From assembly GCA_964270895.1 (NCBI GenBank), contig OZ185442.1: a stretch of DNA of 64,000 nt. One strand, given 5' to 3'. Source of the stretch: Podarcis filfolensis (taxonomy: Eukaryota). Every line of letters begins with the position of its first letter. Within the stretch, counting starts at the first letter, position 1. Positions 10,727-23,630 of the stretch are shown here, in pieces. Both the position numbers and the translations under genes were made by a program. Under the pieces are notes generated by a model that ran no database searches, was not told where the DNA came from, and worked only from the letters and a program-made list of their open reading frames with translations.

Positions 10727-11509
10727 GTATGCAGCAGTGACTGTCAGGAGGGTTGACTTTGGCTTAGGGCTTAGAAGACAGACCTGGAAAGCAAAGAACC
10801 AGGGGAGGATTTGACTCCAATTCAGCAGCGGATGCTGGTTTTGCCAAGCCCTGCAACTCATGTCTTGTGTCACTGAACCAAAGCTCTGAGAAAAGTGCTT
10901 TGAAGCTGGGAACAGACAGGCGTGACACTGCAGAGTCTTGGCTGCTGTGCACACGTAGCAAAGAAACCCTCCCAAACTCTCGGTGATGGGTGGATTTCGC
11001 AAGCCAGTGAACACAAACTATTAGAGGAGGGGGAGGGAAAGCAAATAATCTGCCTTTGCCGCATGTCCTTTGTTCATTTATTTTGACAGGTGCAGCTGAG
11101 TGTCAATTATTTTAGATGGAACACTGCGGCACCTTAAGTGTACCCATTTGCTTTGACATTGCTGAACTTTTTTTGGAGGGTTGGGGGGGGCACGCGTAGA
11201 GGGCAACAGAAGAGGTATACAATGAGCTCCATGCCACTTTGATTCTGCTTAGACTGAGCCATTATGGGGAGCATAGAATTTTCGATTGGAAGAGACCTTG
11301 AAAGCCATCTTGTCCAACCACTGGTACATTATTGATACAGAATCATAGAAGGCCAGGGATCAATGGCTCAATTGTAGAACCACACAAACCTTGAGGTTTC
11401 ACCTCCATTGCTGCTTTTGAGAAGATAAGGAACAATGGGAACCTCTTTCCAACCACCAGAGGCGATTCCTGCTGTTTCTTACCACATGCAAAGTTATGGT
11501 CCCTTGTCT

Positions 11510-11878
11510 TTATTGTTATTTATTAATTAAATTTTTATACTGCCCTTTACCTGAGGATCACGAGGCAGTTTAGAATATCAAAACACAAACACACATTCCA
11601 TGGTAGCAAACAGAAAGAACCCCTCATCTCCCCGGTTCAAAAGGCCATAGATTGTTTAATTATCCAAAGGCCTAGGAGAAGAGGAATGTTTTTGTCCTCC
11701 CTGGGGACAGCATTCCACAAGTGAGGACCCACCACAGAAAAGGCCCTGTTCTCCTTTTGCCAAGCCCTTCATGGAGGAGGCACACAAAGAAGTGTCTCAG
11801 ATGATGATTGTAGTGTCTGGGTCAGTTCATATGGGGACAGGCGGTCCTAGTAAGCCACTTTCTTATTGATAACCACCT
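11510..11878 (-). mobile_element. L2-clade LINE 3' fragment, degraded
   Basis: attaaatttttatactgccc tail; gcattccacaag...ccaccacagaaaaggccctg, shared with the other L2 copies. Confidence 0.6.
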
Positions 11879-11931
11879 GAAGCTGGTGTGATGGTCTCTT
11901 CTAGTAACAACTTCTCTCTCCTTTTGGACAG

Positions 11932-12225
11932 AGCCCCCTACGCCCATTGCACCCCCGCAGCTGCTGAGAGCAGGCTCGACGTACCTGATCATCCAGCTCA
12001 ACACCAATTCCATCATCGGAGATGGCCCCATTGTAAGGAAGGAAATTGAGTACCGAATGACCTCTGGGCCGTGGTCGGAGGTTCATGCCGTGAACATGCA
12101 GACCTACAAGTTGTGGCACTTGGATCCAGACACGGAATATGAGATCAGTGTCCTGCTTACCCGGCCAGGGGATGGAGGGACTGGCAAACCTGGGCCTCCC
12201 CTCATCAGCAGGACAAAGTGTGCAG
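11932..12225 (+). CDS. PTPRU: PTPRU exon 7 (FN3 repeat 1), 294 bp, phase 1 to 1
   Basis: Pyrimidine tract plus gacag acceptor and CAG|gtagga donor. Encodes [41 protein letters not shown]...[11 protein letters not shown]. Confidence 0.97.
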
Positions 12226-12367
12226 GTAGGAGCTTTCATTATCTTGGTTTTCATTGAGCTTCCTTGTACCATGAAAACCAGTTGCCATACCACCCCAAAT
12301 GCATCTTCTACAACAGAGCAGTGATGATTTGCTTATAGGGTAGGATTCATTCTTGCCCACGGGATCA

Positions 12368-12559
12368 GAACATAAGAAGCTACTACATACACAGTTAGGT
12401 TATTGTTCTGTGTCACTTGCTATAGTCTACCCTGACTGGCAGCGTAATCTACACAGACCAGGAGCCTTCCCCAGATCTACCTGGAAATGCTGTGGGTTGA
12501 AACCTGGACCTTCCTCATGCAAATCAGATGCCCTCTCACTGAACTATGGCTCTTCCCTC
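12368..12559 (-). mobile_element. tRNA-derived SINE (Squam2-like), first of a tandem pair
   Basis: Reverse complement of the family, including the head (cactgaactatggc). Confidence 0.7.
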
Positions 12560-12569
12560 AAAACACAGA

Positions 12570-12765
12570 CACATTAGAAGCTGCCTTATACTGAGTCAGA
12601 CAAGTGGTTCATCTATCTACCTGAGTAATGACGATCTGACTGGCAGCATCTCTCCAGGGTTTCAGATAGAGGATATTCTCCATCCTACCTGAAGATGCTG
12701 TGGGTTGAACCTGAGACTTCCTAATACAAGGTAGATGCTCTGTTGCTGAGCTACAGTCCTTCACC
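12570..12765 (-). mobile_element. tRNA-derived SINE (Squam2-like), second of a tandem pair
   Basis: gaagctgccttatactgagtcagac...ggttgaacctg...ctgagctacagtccttc. Confidence 0.75.
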
Positions 12766-13176
12766 TGCACAAAATATTGTAATTCCAAACCTCATGCCTA
12801 CGAGTTGATTTCTTTTTTCTGTGCGGCTCTGCTTCCTGCGCTCTTAGCTGCTAAAATCAGCAACTTGCAAAGCTGCCAGCCAGATGCAGCCTGAAGAAAA
12901 GAAGGGGCAGGACTGCAGCTTTGTTTTAGGTGTTTGTGGCTGAGACCATAACAAAAGCAAAAGGCTCGAGGCAATAGCAGTTTGTACATTGATCTAGCAA
13001 TGCTATGCATAAGTGTCAAGCGTTATCCATCCAAAAGCCCGTGTCCATGGAAAATTTCCAAAATGGCTTTGGTGATGTGGACTTAACAAGTGATCACTGG
13101 AAAGTCCAAGGCATGTCGCCAACACCTGCATAGTTTAATTTAATGAAGATGGTCAATGGACCTTCAGACTGAGGGA

Positions 13177-13357
13177 GTGGGGACAGTAATTCAGTGGTAG
13201 TGCACCCAAGTTTGATCCCCCACATCTCCAGTTAAAAGGGTCAGGTAAAGGTAAAGATACTTGTTCTGCTCTGCTCTTGGCAGGCTGCTGCCAGTCAGAG
13301 TAGACAGTAATATGCTAGATGAGCAAATAGTTTCACCTGTTATGAGGCAACTGCCTT
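13177..13357 (+). mobile_element. tRNA-derived SINE (Squam2-like)
   Basis: cagtggtag head, gtttgatcccc B box, catctccagttaaaagg, gctgccagtcagagtagacag. Confidence 0.7.
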
Positions 13358-14929
13358 TGTAACTAAACTGGAATTCTAAGATCTTTAAACTCAGCATAGC
13401 TATCTGAATTTGGATTGCTCCAAATAATGGCCAAAGAAATGCTACTTGCCAAGGTCTACCAGAGTATGGCATCAAGAGAGGTGGGGCAGGCAGAGAGAAG
13501 TCTGGAAGAGTTAAAGGGTCAGGATGAGAAAGGGAGTGTGTACAGTCCATCATATCTTATGGCTCATTCACAGATAAAATAATGGAATTGTAGAGTTGGA
13601 AGGGATCCTGATGGGCAATGCAGGAATCTCAATACATGGTCCCCCATCCAATTTGAAACCTTACTGGATGCTGCTTAGCTTTGCAAATGTGCTAGCAGGT
13701 GTTTTTTTATATGCTGCAGTCCCCTATGTTGCACTGAATAGGCATGGCTGTGGCTAGTTGCTATTCAGTCTGCTGGCCTGGTCAAGAGGAGGCTCAGACA
13801 GCAGCTTGTGTGTTCTTCCTCCTTGGCACTTTGAGAATCAATAGCTGAGTCACTTTGCATTTTACAAGTGTTGTGGTTCACAAAAGTGGCTTAGTCTGGA
13901 AGCTGACAGTAGGGATGTTCTTTGTTTGAGGCTCAAGGAAGCTATTTAAGTACCTGTCCGTCTGTCTACCTGGGAAGGTATTATGAAGTTCCTTAAGTCC
14001 TTGGCTGTCTCCAAGCTGGATGTGTTTACTGTCACTGATGCCTGCAATTAGGCAAGTGTTAACGACTAACCTGAGACAGCAAAGGGAAAGAGAGAGAATC
14101 TTTCCGACAGAAGCCGGCTCTTGTGATCCAGATTTACAGTTGTGTTCACCAACAGGGGCCACGTTAAACTGATAAATGATCATTGCTTCAGAAACCGAGT
14201 AAAGGAACAGTCACAGCTTGTTGGCAGCAGGTTGGATTAATAAAAGGCTGGGGATGAAGTGGTTTATCAGCCACTGGTGCCCATGGTCTATAATTTATGG
14301 CCAAGAGTATTCATGTTTAAATCTGAATGGGCAAGGGAGGGAGCTTCAGAAATAATATGCTTTCCTCCCAAGAACTAGTACCTCCTAAAGGGTTGCTCCA
14401 TTTAGTGGGGAGACCCTCATTATCCCTCTCTTGCTCTAAGGGCATAGCTCCCCCAATTTCTTCCGAGTAGAAGGATGACCCCCTGATAATATTCCCATCT
14501 CTTTCACAGCATAGAAGTCAGTGCCTGCAGAACTGTACACATGTCTTTTATACTGGCACTTCCACCCCCTCAAGTAGATGGAGCCAAGTGCAGTTTAGGC
14601 TTTGCCAGGCTGCATTAGGCTTCAGCCGCTTCCAGCTTTTGGCTGAGACATCATCTCCTAAAACTCATCCAGTAAGGCATGCCGAGAGCTATCCAGGGTC
14701 CTGATCTGTTTAGAGATACCTGCCTGGACTTGTTGATCTTTGCCTGACCTGATTTTCCCACGCCTTTTGCTCTGACCTGCTTATCTGCACTGATTTGGCC
14801 TGTTTATTACTACAACCGCCCTGTGAGTCCCAGGGCCACAGCATAATAGGATAGTACTTCGTTCTATATGCTGAGAGTACAAGGACGTGAAGAATCTTCT
14901 AATAGGCTTGAATCAAAAGAGCAGCATTG

Positions 14930-15250
14930 GTTGCTTAAACACAGGCATTACATCAATGGAAAGACAAAACTCAACCAGACATTAGATTACCCGGATCTTA
15001 GATTTAGTGGACCTGGAAGACAAGGAGAGAGTAGCATATAAAAATCTAGGTATGGAAGAGAGGTGTAAAGAAATATGGGCACATTTTGTGCAAATATATG
15101 CAGCATTAAAAGAAAGCATTATTACAGACCATCTGGTATGTTTTCTTTGTCCTTCCCTCTCCCTCTCCTGTTCTTTCTTCATCTTTATTTTCCCCTCCCT
15201 TTCTCTACCCTCTTCCCTTATTATTCCTTATTTAATTATCTGTCTTTGGG
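14930..15250 (+). mobile_element. Old L1-clade LINE 3' fragment
   Basis: Frameshifted QWKDKTQP...ILDLVDLEDKERVAY...KEIWAHF resembles the L1 ORF2 C-terminus; pyrimidine-rich 3' UTR. Confidence 0.45.
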
Positions 15251-15343
15251 GAAATAAGGTGGCATGTAGGGATGTTTAAAAGGCTCTTTTGTAAACTACT
15301 ACTAATACTCCAGGATTGTAGGAGCATGTGGGGCTGCCTTGAG

Positions 15344-15510
15344 GAAGCTACCTTATACCAAAACAGACCATTGATCCATCCAGCTCTGTGTTGTCTACGG
15401 CGCTTGGCTACAGCTCTCCAGAGTTTCAGACAACCTGGAGAGGCCAGGGGTTGAACCTGGGACCTTCTATATGCAAAGCAGATGCCCTACCACTGCACTA
15501 CTGCTTTCCC
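15344..15510 (-). mobile_element. tRNA-derived SINE (Squam2-like)
   Basis: gaagctaccttata...ggttgaacctgggaccttct...gcaaagcagatgccctaccactg. Confidence 0.8.
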
Positions 15511-17429
15511 TTCACCCTTTGTTTGTCCATTGGTCCTGACCTTTGTTTGAGCTTGTTCCTTAAGCCTGGCTCTTTTGCTTTGGACTTGCTCTTTGCCCCT
15601 GACTACTTCGTTGTCCCATGGCTTCTGGTTTCTGGCTCACCTCAGACTGTTGCCCACTGCCCGGCTCCGACACCAATGAAGGTCATACAAACACAGACAG
15701 CTGCTTTATGCTGGATGATACTTCTCCATTTAACCCAGAATTGTCTATTCTTGCTGGTAGCAATTCCCAGGGGCTTTATCCATCATCTGCTATCTAATTA
15801 TCCCAACAGGAGATACCCAGGATTAGATCTGGGCTGTTTTGCATTCAAAGCAGGTTCTCTGCTACTGAGTTATGACCCTTCCTGAAATTGCTGCTGGATG
15901 GTATCAATTGCTCCTCCTCCTCCTCCTCTGTGCCACTGCTACTTGTTCCCTTACCTGCTCTCTCCATTATTCAGGAACTGCTGGATTTTTGTGCAGCGCA
16001 TCCATCTGGGTAACCCTCCAAACTGCAGGTTGCAGCTTTTCAGTGTTCTCAGCCCCTGTTCTGACTCCATCCACTAGGCTCGCCATTGTATCCTTCTGGA
16101 CAGGAAGGGGTGTAGATGGGTTTCCTTACTTCTTTACTTGCACAACAGTGTCTTCTTAAACTCTGGTGTTTCCGTGTGTGTGTGTGTGTGTGTATGTGTG
16201 TGATATTCCATGAGCCTGACTTCTGATTTCCTTCCCTGCCTCCTGGTTTTCTCTATGGTTCTGACTTATTCCTCAATCCTGACTACTGGTTTTGCCTCAG
16301 AGCTCATGGCACTTCACCCAGGTGCCTATGGTCCACCTCTGACATCATCTTCTCCCTCTGATCCCAGTCCAGCGATGTCTGCTTCTTGCCATGCAGCAGG
16401 TGTGGGAAACCTTTGGTCCTTGGCATTTTGCTGAACTACAACTGCCGTCAGCCCCAGCGAGCATGGCCAGCGTGGTGGAACAAAGGATCCCCACATCTGC
16501 CATGCTGAAAACCTGCAGAACTGTTTCCCTCTTCCCTGAGTTCTCATTGGAACAGAAAAGAAGACGAAGAAAGTCTGTGCTTGGAAGGCAGCAACAGCGC
16601 AAGGTGTCTGACCTCCTTTACCTCTCTTAAAATGCTACACCAATCTTCAGCCTTGGGTGAGAAACTTGTCAGTGACAAAGATGGGAAATGGAACTAATTT
16701 CCACCACTGAAAAAAAGAAAGGAAAGGAAACCTTCGAGCCCTTCTAACCTAGACACTGAATTTGCAACTCGCGGATGTCTGAGTCTCTGCAGCTACAGGA
16801 AGTGTGTGCTCTGGTGGTTAATAATAGTGTCTCTTGAGTTGATTATGATAGGCACGCTCTCTTGTCTCCCTGGGCTGTGCATTATGATTCCTTTTAAGAG
16901 AAAAGTGCCCTCAGTAGGGGAAGCCATGTCAGCGGGAACTTGGGGAAACTGTTTGCTGCACGCGATGGGAAAAAAATGGGCAGAGGGGGCTCTGGAACAT
17001 TAACTGCCGCAAACAGTGCCAGTTGAAGTGCATGGCTCTGCCTCTGATTGACTTTCCCCTTTTCTTTTTCGGCAACGACCTCCTGCAGCATTTGCTCTGC
17101 TGTATTGTTCCCTAAGCCTTTCAAGCAGGCTGCTGGCTCTGTTGATGCAAATCCCGTCTCTCTCTTTCTCTCTCTAGAGATGACTCGAGGCACCACTAAC
17201 TGGATTGCCATAGTGGAGGCATGACCCGAATTGTTCCAGGTGTCTCAGCTGGGAATTCCCAAGTTGAGCTTGTTAGTGATTCAGGCTTCATTAGCAGTGC
17301 TTTCTGCTCTTGATCTCTGTCCCTTTGTTCCAAATTCAGATCCAGGCCACTGCCTCCCCTCAATGTTCCCTAGTTAGCAAACATGACCCAGACCTAGCAA
17401 AGTTTTTCTAGCAAAGCTTGTGCCCTGAT

Positions 17430-17620
17430 AGCTGGAGCTGGAGCTCAAGCGTAGAACATCTGTGTTGCACGCACAAAGTCCCACATTCAGTCTCTTGCAT
17501 CTCCATGTAGGACAGGGCTTGCCTGAAACCCTGTAGATTTGCTGCCAGCCAGTGTAGACAGGACTGAACTAGATGAACCAGTGGTCTGACTTTGTATTAG
17601 GCAGGTTCCTAAGGTTCTTC
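17430..17620 (+). mobile_element. tRNA-derived SINE (Squam2-like)
   Basis: gcctgaaaccctg...gctgccagccagtgtagacaggactgaactagatg. Confidence 0.7.
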
Positions 17621-17621
17621 A

Positions 17622-17745
17622 GCCTGGTCTCCCTACCCAATGTTTTGGACTACAACTCCCATCAGCCACTTCAGCATGGCCAATAGTCAGGGATGGTGGG
17701 AATTTGGAATCCACAACATCTGGAAAGCACCAGCTTCAGGAAGTC
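17622..17745. mobile_element. hAT palindromic MITE
   Basis: ggactacaactcccatcagcc...cagggatggtggga...caacatctgg. Confidence 0.7.
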
Positions 17746-17824
17746 TGCACTGAGAGAACAAATGTTCTGCCTGCCTGCTTAGTTTGGACTATTGAGTCAT
17801 ATTTGGAGCAGTCAATAATGAAAA

Positions 17825-18025
17825 TAATTTTATTATTTATACCCCACCCATCTGGCTGGGTTTCTCCAGCCACTCTGGGTGGCTTCCAGCACATAAAAAC
17901 ATAATAAAATATCAAACATTAAAAACCTCATGATACAGGGCTGCCTTCAGGTGTCTTCTACAAGTTGTTTAGTGCTTTATCTCCTTGATAACTGATGGGA
18001 GGGTGCCACTGCCAAGAAGGCCAAT
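17825..18025 (-). mobile_element. L2-clade LINE 3' end
   Basis: tttataccccacccatctggctggg...cactctgggtggcttcc...cagggctgccttcaggtgtcttcta, homologous to 55670-55780. Confidence 0.75.
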
Positions 18026-18216
18026 TGATGAGAATGATGGCCAATTGTCATGGCTCAGGATTCCCTGCTCCCTTCTATAGGAGGAGAGGGGCTGGGTAGA
18101 GATGGCTTTATTTCCAGAGTAGTTTAACAACAGGGGCACCAAGTAGAGGAGGTGGGGGGCCAGCCCCCCAAAAAAATTCAGATGAAAGGGCTACCCCCCA
18201 GTGTGAAGTAACTGTA

Positions 18217-18408
18217 TAGGAACTTAGCTCTTTACTGAGTCAGAGTATTGGTCCACCTTGCGCAGTATTGCCTACACTGACTGGCAGCAGCTCTCCAGGC
18301 TTTAAGACAGGTGGCACTTTCAGCCCTATCTGGAGATGCCAAGGGATTGCAGCAGGGACCTTCTGCATGGAAAGTAGCTGTTCTGCAACTGAGATACCCC
18401 ATTCCCCC
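18217..18408 (-). mobile_element. tRNA-derived SINE (Squam2-like), first of a tandem pair
   Basis: actgagtcaga...cctacactgactggcagcagctctccagg...gggaccttctgcatg. Confidence 0.75.
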
Positions 18409-18414
18409 CAGAAT

Positions 18415-18592
18415 GGGAACATAAAATGCTGCCTTATTCTGAATCAGACCACACATCCATCTAGCACAGTACTGTCTGCACTGACTGGCAGACTTTCAGA
18501 CAAGTGACCTTCTCAGTCCTACCTGAAGCTTCCAGGGGATTGAATCTGCTTGCAAAGAAGATGCTCTGCCTCTGAGCTATGCTCCTTCCACT
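18415..18592 (-). mobile_element. tRNA-derived SINE (Squam2-like), second of a tandem pair
   Basis: gaacataaaatgctgccttattctgaatcagacc...ctgagctatgctccttcc. Confidence 0.75.
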
Positions 18593-18944
18593 TTTAAGGA
18601 TCTAGCCACACACCTGTCTTTCTGTTTTCTGTATTCTTGTCTGGGCCTTTGTCTGTACTCATGGAAGTCCCCTCCCACCATTGCCTGTCTCTCCGCACCT
18701 CGTTTCTTCATCTCCCCTTTGCTCTCCCTGTCTGTCTCTTTCATTTTATTTCTGGTCAGTCCCCTGTCACATGTTCACTGATCCCAACATAGTTCACAGA
18801 GTGCTGGCACCTTGCTGTCTCTCTCTCTCTCTCTCTCCCCACTCCCAACTTCAATGGAAGTGCAGATTTGCATTTGATCAGCAAAGGAAGAGATGATTGC
18901 TGTGGGATTATTTTCTGCACTCCCCTCATGACAACTGCTGGGCG

Positions 18945-18970
18945 GCTGCTGCTGCTGCTGCTGCTGCTGC
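18945..18970. repeat. (GCT)8 trinucleotide repeat
   Basis: Seen directly; intronic. Confidence 0.95.
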
Positions 18971-20061
18971 AGGGACAGAATGAGAGGCACCCAGGAATTG
19001 AATCATTCTAGTGAGGGTGCCTGGCATTGTCCCCTTGCCTTGCAGGGACATCTTGTTCTCTTTGGGTATCCCAAAGGGAGGCTGAGGATGCAAAGGCATG
19101 TGAGAGGATGCTGGGAACAGAGTTGGCTTGCCCTGTTCCTGTCACTTTGCTCTTCTTCTCTTGGGGCACTGTGTGTGCGAGAGAGGAGGAGGCTGGGAAA
19201 ATCTCTCTGAGGTTCCTGACTGAACTGCCATGACCTTGTGGACAGTGCAGGGCATCACTTGACATGACATGTTGCCTTGCAGCTCCGGTGCTGCATAAAG
19301 GGAGCAAGCTCTACACTGACAGCATCCAACATCCCAAGGTCGCCCTAATTGGCTCTTTGGAGGTCAAGGATGCTGCCTTTTTATCTATTTATTTTCTTGA
19401 GCTGGGAGTGGGGTGGTCCGAGGCGGTTAAGAATGCTGTCTCATCCATCTGCAAAGTCACAGGGTGTGTTGTGTCCCACCTACGCCCTGTCGGGACCACT
19501 CTGCAGTCAGAAGTGTCTGAGATCCTGGAGAAGGGAGATCCCACCCAGGGCATTCCAGGTTCATGACAAGGCAGTGGACTCTGACAGAACACCCATCCGC
19601 AAATCAACACCCTGGTACAGTAGTTCCCAAACCTTTTCAGGGCACCACTCATTTGTTCCATAATTTCATCTCCACTGCCCCCTACCCTATAAAAAGCATT
19701 CAGAACAGCAGTTTGCAAACTCTACTAAGGAAGATTAGAATACAATAAAATTCAAAACAGTAAGAATTAATTCCATGTTTATTCAAAATCCAATTAAAAT
19801 TATTTAGTTTAATTAATTTATCAAAACCAATGACCTTGATCCAGTGACATCAGCTTTTCAAAGTCTGATAGCTATTTACACCTTGCCTCTTAGTGCTCTC
19901 TTGGGTAATACACCCCCCTAAGGGTACAGCACACTGCCCTGGAAGATGTCCCACCTGTGATGTTACTGTCATGACACTACCTGGAGTGTTTGCAGACTTA
20001 GGGGGCTAGATGTCCTCTTGAGTTCTTATGCCTACCAGTTGCTGAGCTTCACACATGCCCG

Positions 20062-20275
20062 TGGGATGAGGTGGGTTATAGTTCAAGAGAAGAGCACATG
20101 CTGTGCATGCAGAAGTTCCCTTCTTCAGTTCTTGGCATCTCCAGCTAAAAAGTGGACCAGGTTAGCAAGTGACTGCAAAGTCAGAGGTCTTTGAGAGCTG
20201 CTGAGAGTCATGAGTAGGCAACACTGATCCTGGGAAACAAATCATTTGACTGCATGAAGCATTTTTCTGTGTTCC
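20062..20275 (+). mobile_element. tRNA-derived SINE (Squam2-like), degraded
   Basis: gagcacatgctgtgcatgcagaag...ggcatctccagctaaaa. Confidence 0.6.
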
Positions 20276-20812
20276 ACTGGAAATGAGTCAGGTCCAAGGC
20301 TACCATCAGAAGGTGCAGTGTATACCTGCCAACACAAAACCTTCCTTCTCTGAGCCCTCCGTGGAATGAAGTGAGATGGTAAGGAACATCAGGTGTCTCC
20401 CACTGATGCTCCAGAAAGAGATGGAGGGAGCAAGGTCAGCTGCTGCCAAGCTGTTGGTGGTGCAGTGCTTCATTCAACTCATCTCCTAGTCCCACATGTT
20501 AGTTCTGGGTCTTTGGTTAGATAGCTCCCATGCTAGAGCAGCTCCTGCCCTGCTGGACAGCTCCCCAGCCTTACAAAGAGCATGGGGAAGCTGAGCATTA
20601 CAGCAGTATGGCTCTAGTGTCTCTGGTTACCAACCTCTCTATGTTTCAGAAAAGTAGTACAGCTGCTGGAAGAATCATTGGGCATTGAGAAGTGGTGCAT
20701 GATATGAAAAGTTCCTCCATCATATGATTTGTTGACACTACATAGCAGCCTCATGTGCTCTCTTGTGGGATTCATGAAAGCATCTGGTTGGCCATAGTAG
20801 GAAACAGAATGG

Positions 20813-20837
20813 ATTGCATTGCATTGCATTGCATTGC
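20813..20837. repeat. (ATTGC)5 pentanucleotide repeat
   Basis: Seen directly. Confidence 0.93.
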
Positions 20838-20969
20838 ACTGAGAGGGAAATCTAAAATCTCCCAGTTTGAGTCATTTTCAAGTTAGGCGTCTGTACATTT
20901 CAAGCAGTATCAAACAGTCATGGCTCCCCACAAAGAATTGTGGGAACTGCGATTTGGGTGCTGAGAGGA

Positions 20970-21028
20970 GTTGTTGTTTAGTCGTGTCTGACTCTGCGCG
21001 ACCCCATGGACCAGAGCACGCCAGGTCA
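20970..21028 (-). mobile_element. BovB extreme 3' fragment (~58 bp) nested in a MITE
   Basis: gttgttgtttagtcgtgtc...accccatggaccagagcacgccagg matches the 3' end of the other BovB copies here. Confidence 0.85.
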
Positions 21029-21125
21029 CTGATGGTTTTTAGGTGACCCTATTCCCCTCTCAGAGCTATAATTTCCAGAATAGTTTAACAATCAATTCCT
21101 CTTCCTAGGGAACTCTGGGATTTCA

Positions 21126-21270
21126 GGGAAGGACTGTAGCTCAGTGGTAGAGCATCTCCAGGTATGGTTGGGAATGTCACCTGTCTGAAACTCTGGAGTG
21201 CTGCTGGTGGCCAGTGTTGACATTACTGGACCAATGGCCTAACTTGGTGCAATGCAGTTTCTTATTATGT
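21126..21270 (+). mobile_element. tRNA-derived SINE (Squam2-like) nested in a MITE
   Basis: gggaaggactgtagctcagtggtagagcat head; B-box region deleted; ggaccaatggcct tail. Confidence 0.75.
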
Positions 21271-22919
21271 TAATTATAGTTCTCAAATTGGGGGACTCCT
21301 AACAACAACTCAGTCAGCACCCTTCAATAAATACAATTTCCTGGATTTTTGGCAGAATCCGTGACTGGTGGCATGATGCTGCTTTAAATGTATAGTGCAG
21401 ATGGGTTTTAATTTGAGGACTAGGGAAGAGTTTGGTCACCTCTGCTGGTAGCCATTAATAACTGCTGGTTTTCAGGAGCTGAACATATTCAGACAAACAA
21501 ATTCAGAGTGCAACTTTTGCAGCACTTGTAATCAAAAACCCTCCTTTCTTCTCTTCTAGTGGAGAGCAAAAAACTTTCCATAGTGGCAGAAATTCCTTCT
21601 GTACAGTAATAGCACCATTGCCTTTTTCAGATGCGAACAATTACCAGTCTTTACTGGAAGCAGCCCTTGAGCACAGGGAGATTCCCCCTGCGCTGTACCA
21701 TGTTGCCGGCAGTGATTGACACGGATTGAGTTGCTGCACCAGGGTGTACTACAGCTGTATCGGCAGCTATAAGCACAGGCAACTTTTGTAGTGGCGCTAA
21801 TTGTATGGATATATTCAGCAATATTAATGCTTTCAGACATCCTTGTTAGCTGATCTTTGACTGAAGCACTTGCGAGGCTGCTTGCATTGGCCCAGGGGTG
21901 CCAGGCTGTCTGTTTGCCACTGATCATTTAAATAACACTGAACTTTAGAAAGGAGATTGAAGCTTCAAGACTGGCACTCTCTCAGCTCCGACTTGTGCTG
22001 TTCCTGAGAAACCATCCAAGTGCATTGGCCACGAGTTGAGGATTTGGGGTGGGGCTCTTCTACACATGTCAGATGTGGACCAACAATTCCTCTTATGTGG
22101 TATTGATCTCCTTCCATCAATTTAATTTAGGCCCATAATCTCTTCCCACAACATCCAGAGGCAGGGAAATACATAGCTGGGCTGACCCTTCTTTGTGCCC
22201 AGTATAAGATCCTAAGAAAAGGCATGCTGGATCAGGCCCAACACCCATCTACAGGTAGTCCAGCATCTTGGTCTCTCCCAGCAGCCATGGAAATTATCCT
22301 GGATCCTGAGATACCTGCTGCCATCACATGATGGCAATAGGCCCGATCTTAGATGCTGCAGAGCTAGGATAGTGAAAATGTGAGCCCTGGACAACACAAG
22401 CAACAAGGCTGAGGCTGCTGTAACAGCTGCATCTTTCCATTAATCCTTGCATCTTCTAGTCAGGGGTTTGGATTGCTCTAATAGTCCCACCTCTTAATCT
22501 AACTGGCTCTGGATGTAGCCACTACTTGGTTAGGAGACTGTGTATACCACGCTGAGCATCATGCAGTATGAGCAGGACACCCATGTAATTCTCAGCACCG
22601 CAGCTGAAATGTGTCCCTCGTTAGATTGGTATGTAAACTGTGGAGCCTGCAGTTGTATCATCTCATGTAGGCCTGCAAATTATGGAGCAAACTTCTTCCT
22701 ATGTGGCTTTGAGCCGAAAAGTGCCCTGGGATTGATATGTATGTGTTTTATTAGTTTATAGGACAATCCATTGATAAATACTCCCTGGGTGGCTTACAAA
22801 CAAGACGGTATTAAAAATACAATGCACTGTAATTAAAATCGACAATATGCAATTATAGCTGGGATGAGCAAGGTGGATTAATTTGCTTCCATGATTGTTC
22901 TGGGATTCTTACAATTTGG

Positions 22920-23172
22920 ATGCAAGAAAAGCTGCTGGATCAGGCCAAAGATCCATGCAGTCCAGCATCCTGTTCCCATGGTGGCTAATTGGATGCTCAC
23001 GAGAAGTTGGTCCTGAGTGCAACAGTGACCTTCCCACTTGTGATAGGCATACTGCCTCTGGCTAACAGTGGGAGTGGGACATAGCCAGTGTTGATGGTAG
23101 CCATTGGTAGTCTGATCCTCCAATGAATTTTTCTAATCCTCCCTTTAAACTATCCATGTGGGTGATCATCAT
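22920..23172 (-). mobile_element. CR1-clade LINE 3' fragment (second family)
   Basis: ctgctggatcaggccaa...gtccagcatcctgttc...tcctccaatgaatttttctaatcctc. Confidence 0.7.
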
Positions 23173-23630
23173 GGTTAATTCTATCCCAGTCTTAATCTGG
23201 TCAGTAATTCCATTTCTAGAATGTAACTAGCAGAATTCTTCATATGTGCCATTTAAGTGTTAGTAAGTTTTTAATTTCAGTTAAAAAATGCAATTGTGCA
23301 GTCATGTCCCTCTGCCACTTCGGCTTTCGTCATAGTTTTAGTTTGGTGGGGGTGGTGAAAGCTTTGCATGGAGGGGCGTAGCTTTCCATGAAATTGTAAA
23401 TAAATAAAAGTTTTGAAAGAACAACATCTTCTATTACTTCAATTTTAATTTGAAAATCCCCGCTGTCACCATTGCGCTCCTTTGCAAATTAAAACAACAA
23501 GAAACAGATGTGGAAATTACTTTTGGCGAGAATGAACTGCTAGGTTTAAAACACAGACCAAAAAAAACAACAACCCCCTCTTTCAAAATTTAGCTGTTCA
23601 CTTTTCCTCCAGAATAATGCTTCTCTAGAA

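Larger units (their letters stand above)
20885..21407. mobile_element. Same Harbinger-like MITE family, carrying two nested retroelements
   Basis: Left arm aaacagtcatggctcccc, right arm ending gctttaaatgtatagtgcagatggg; collinear once the inserts are removed. Confidence 0.75.
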
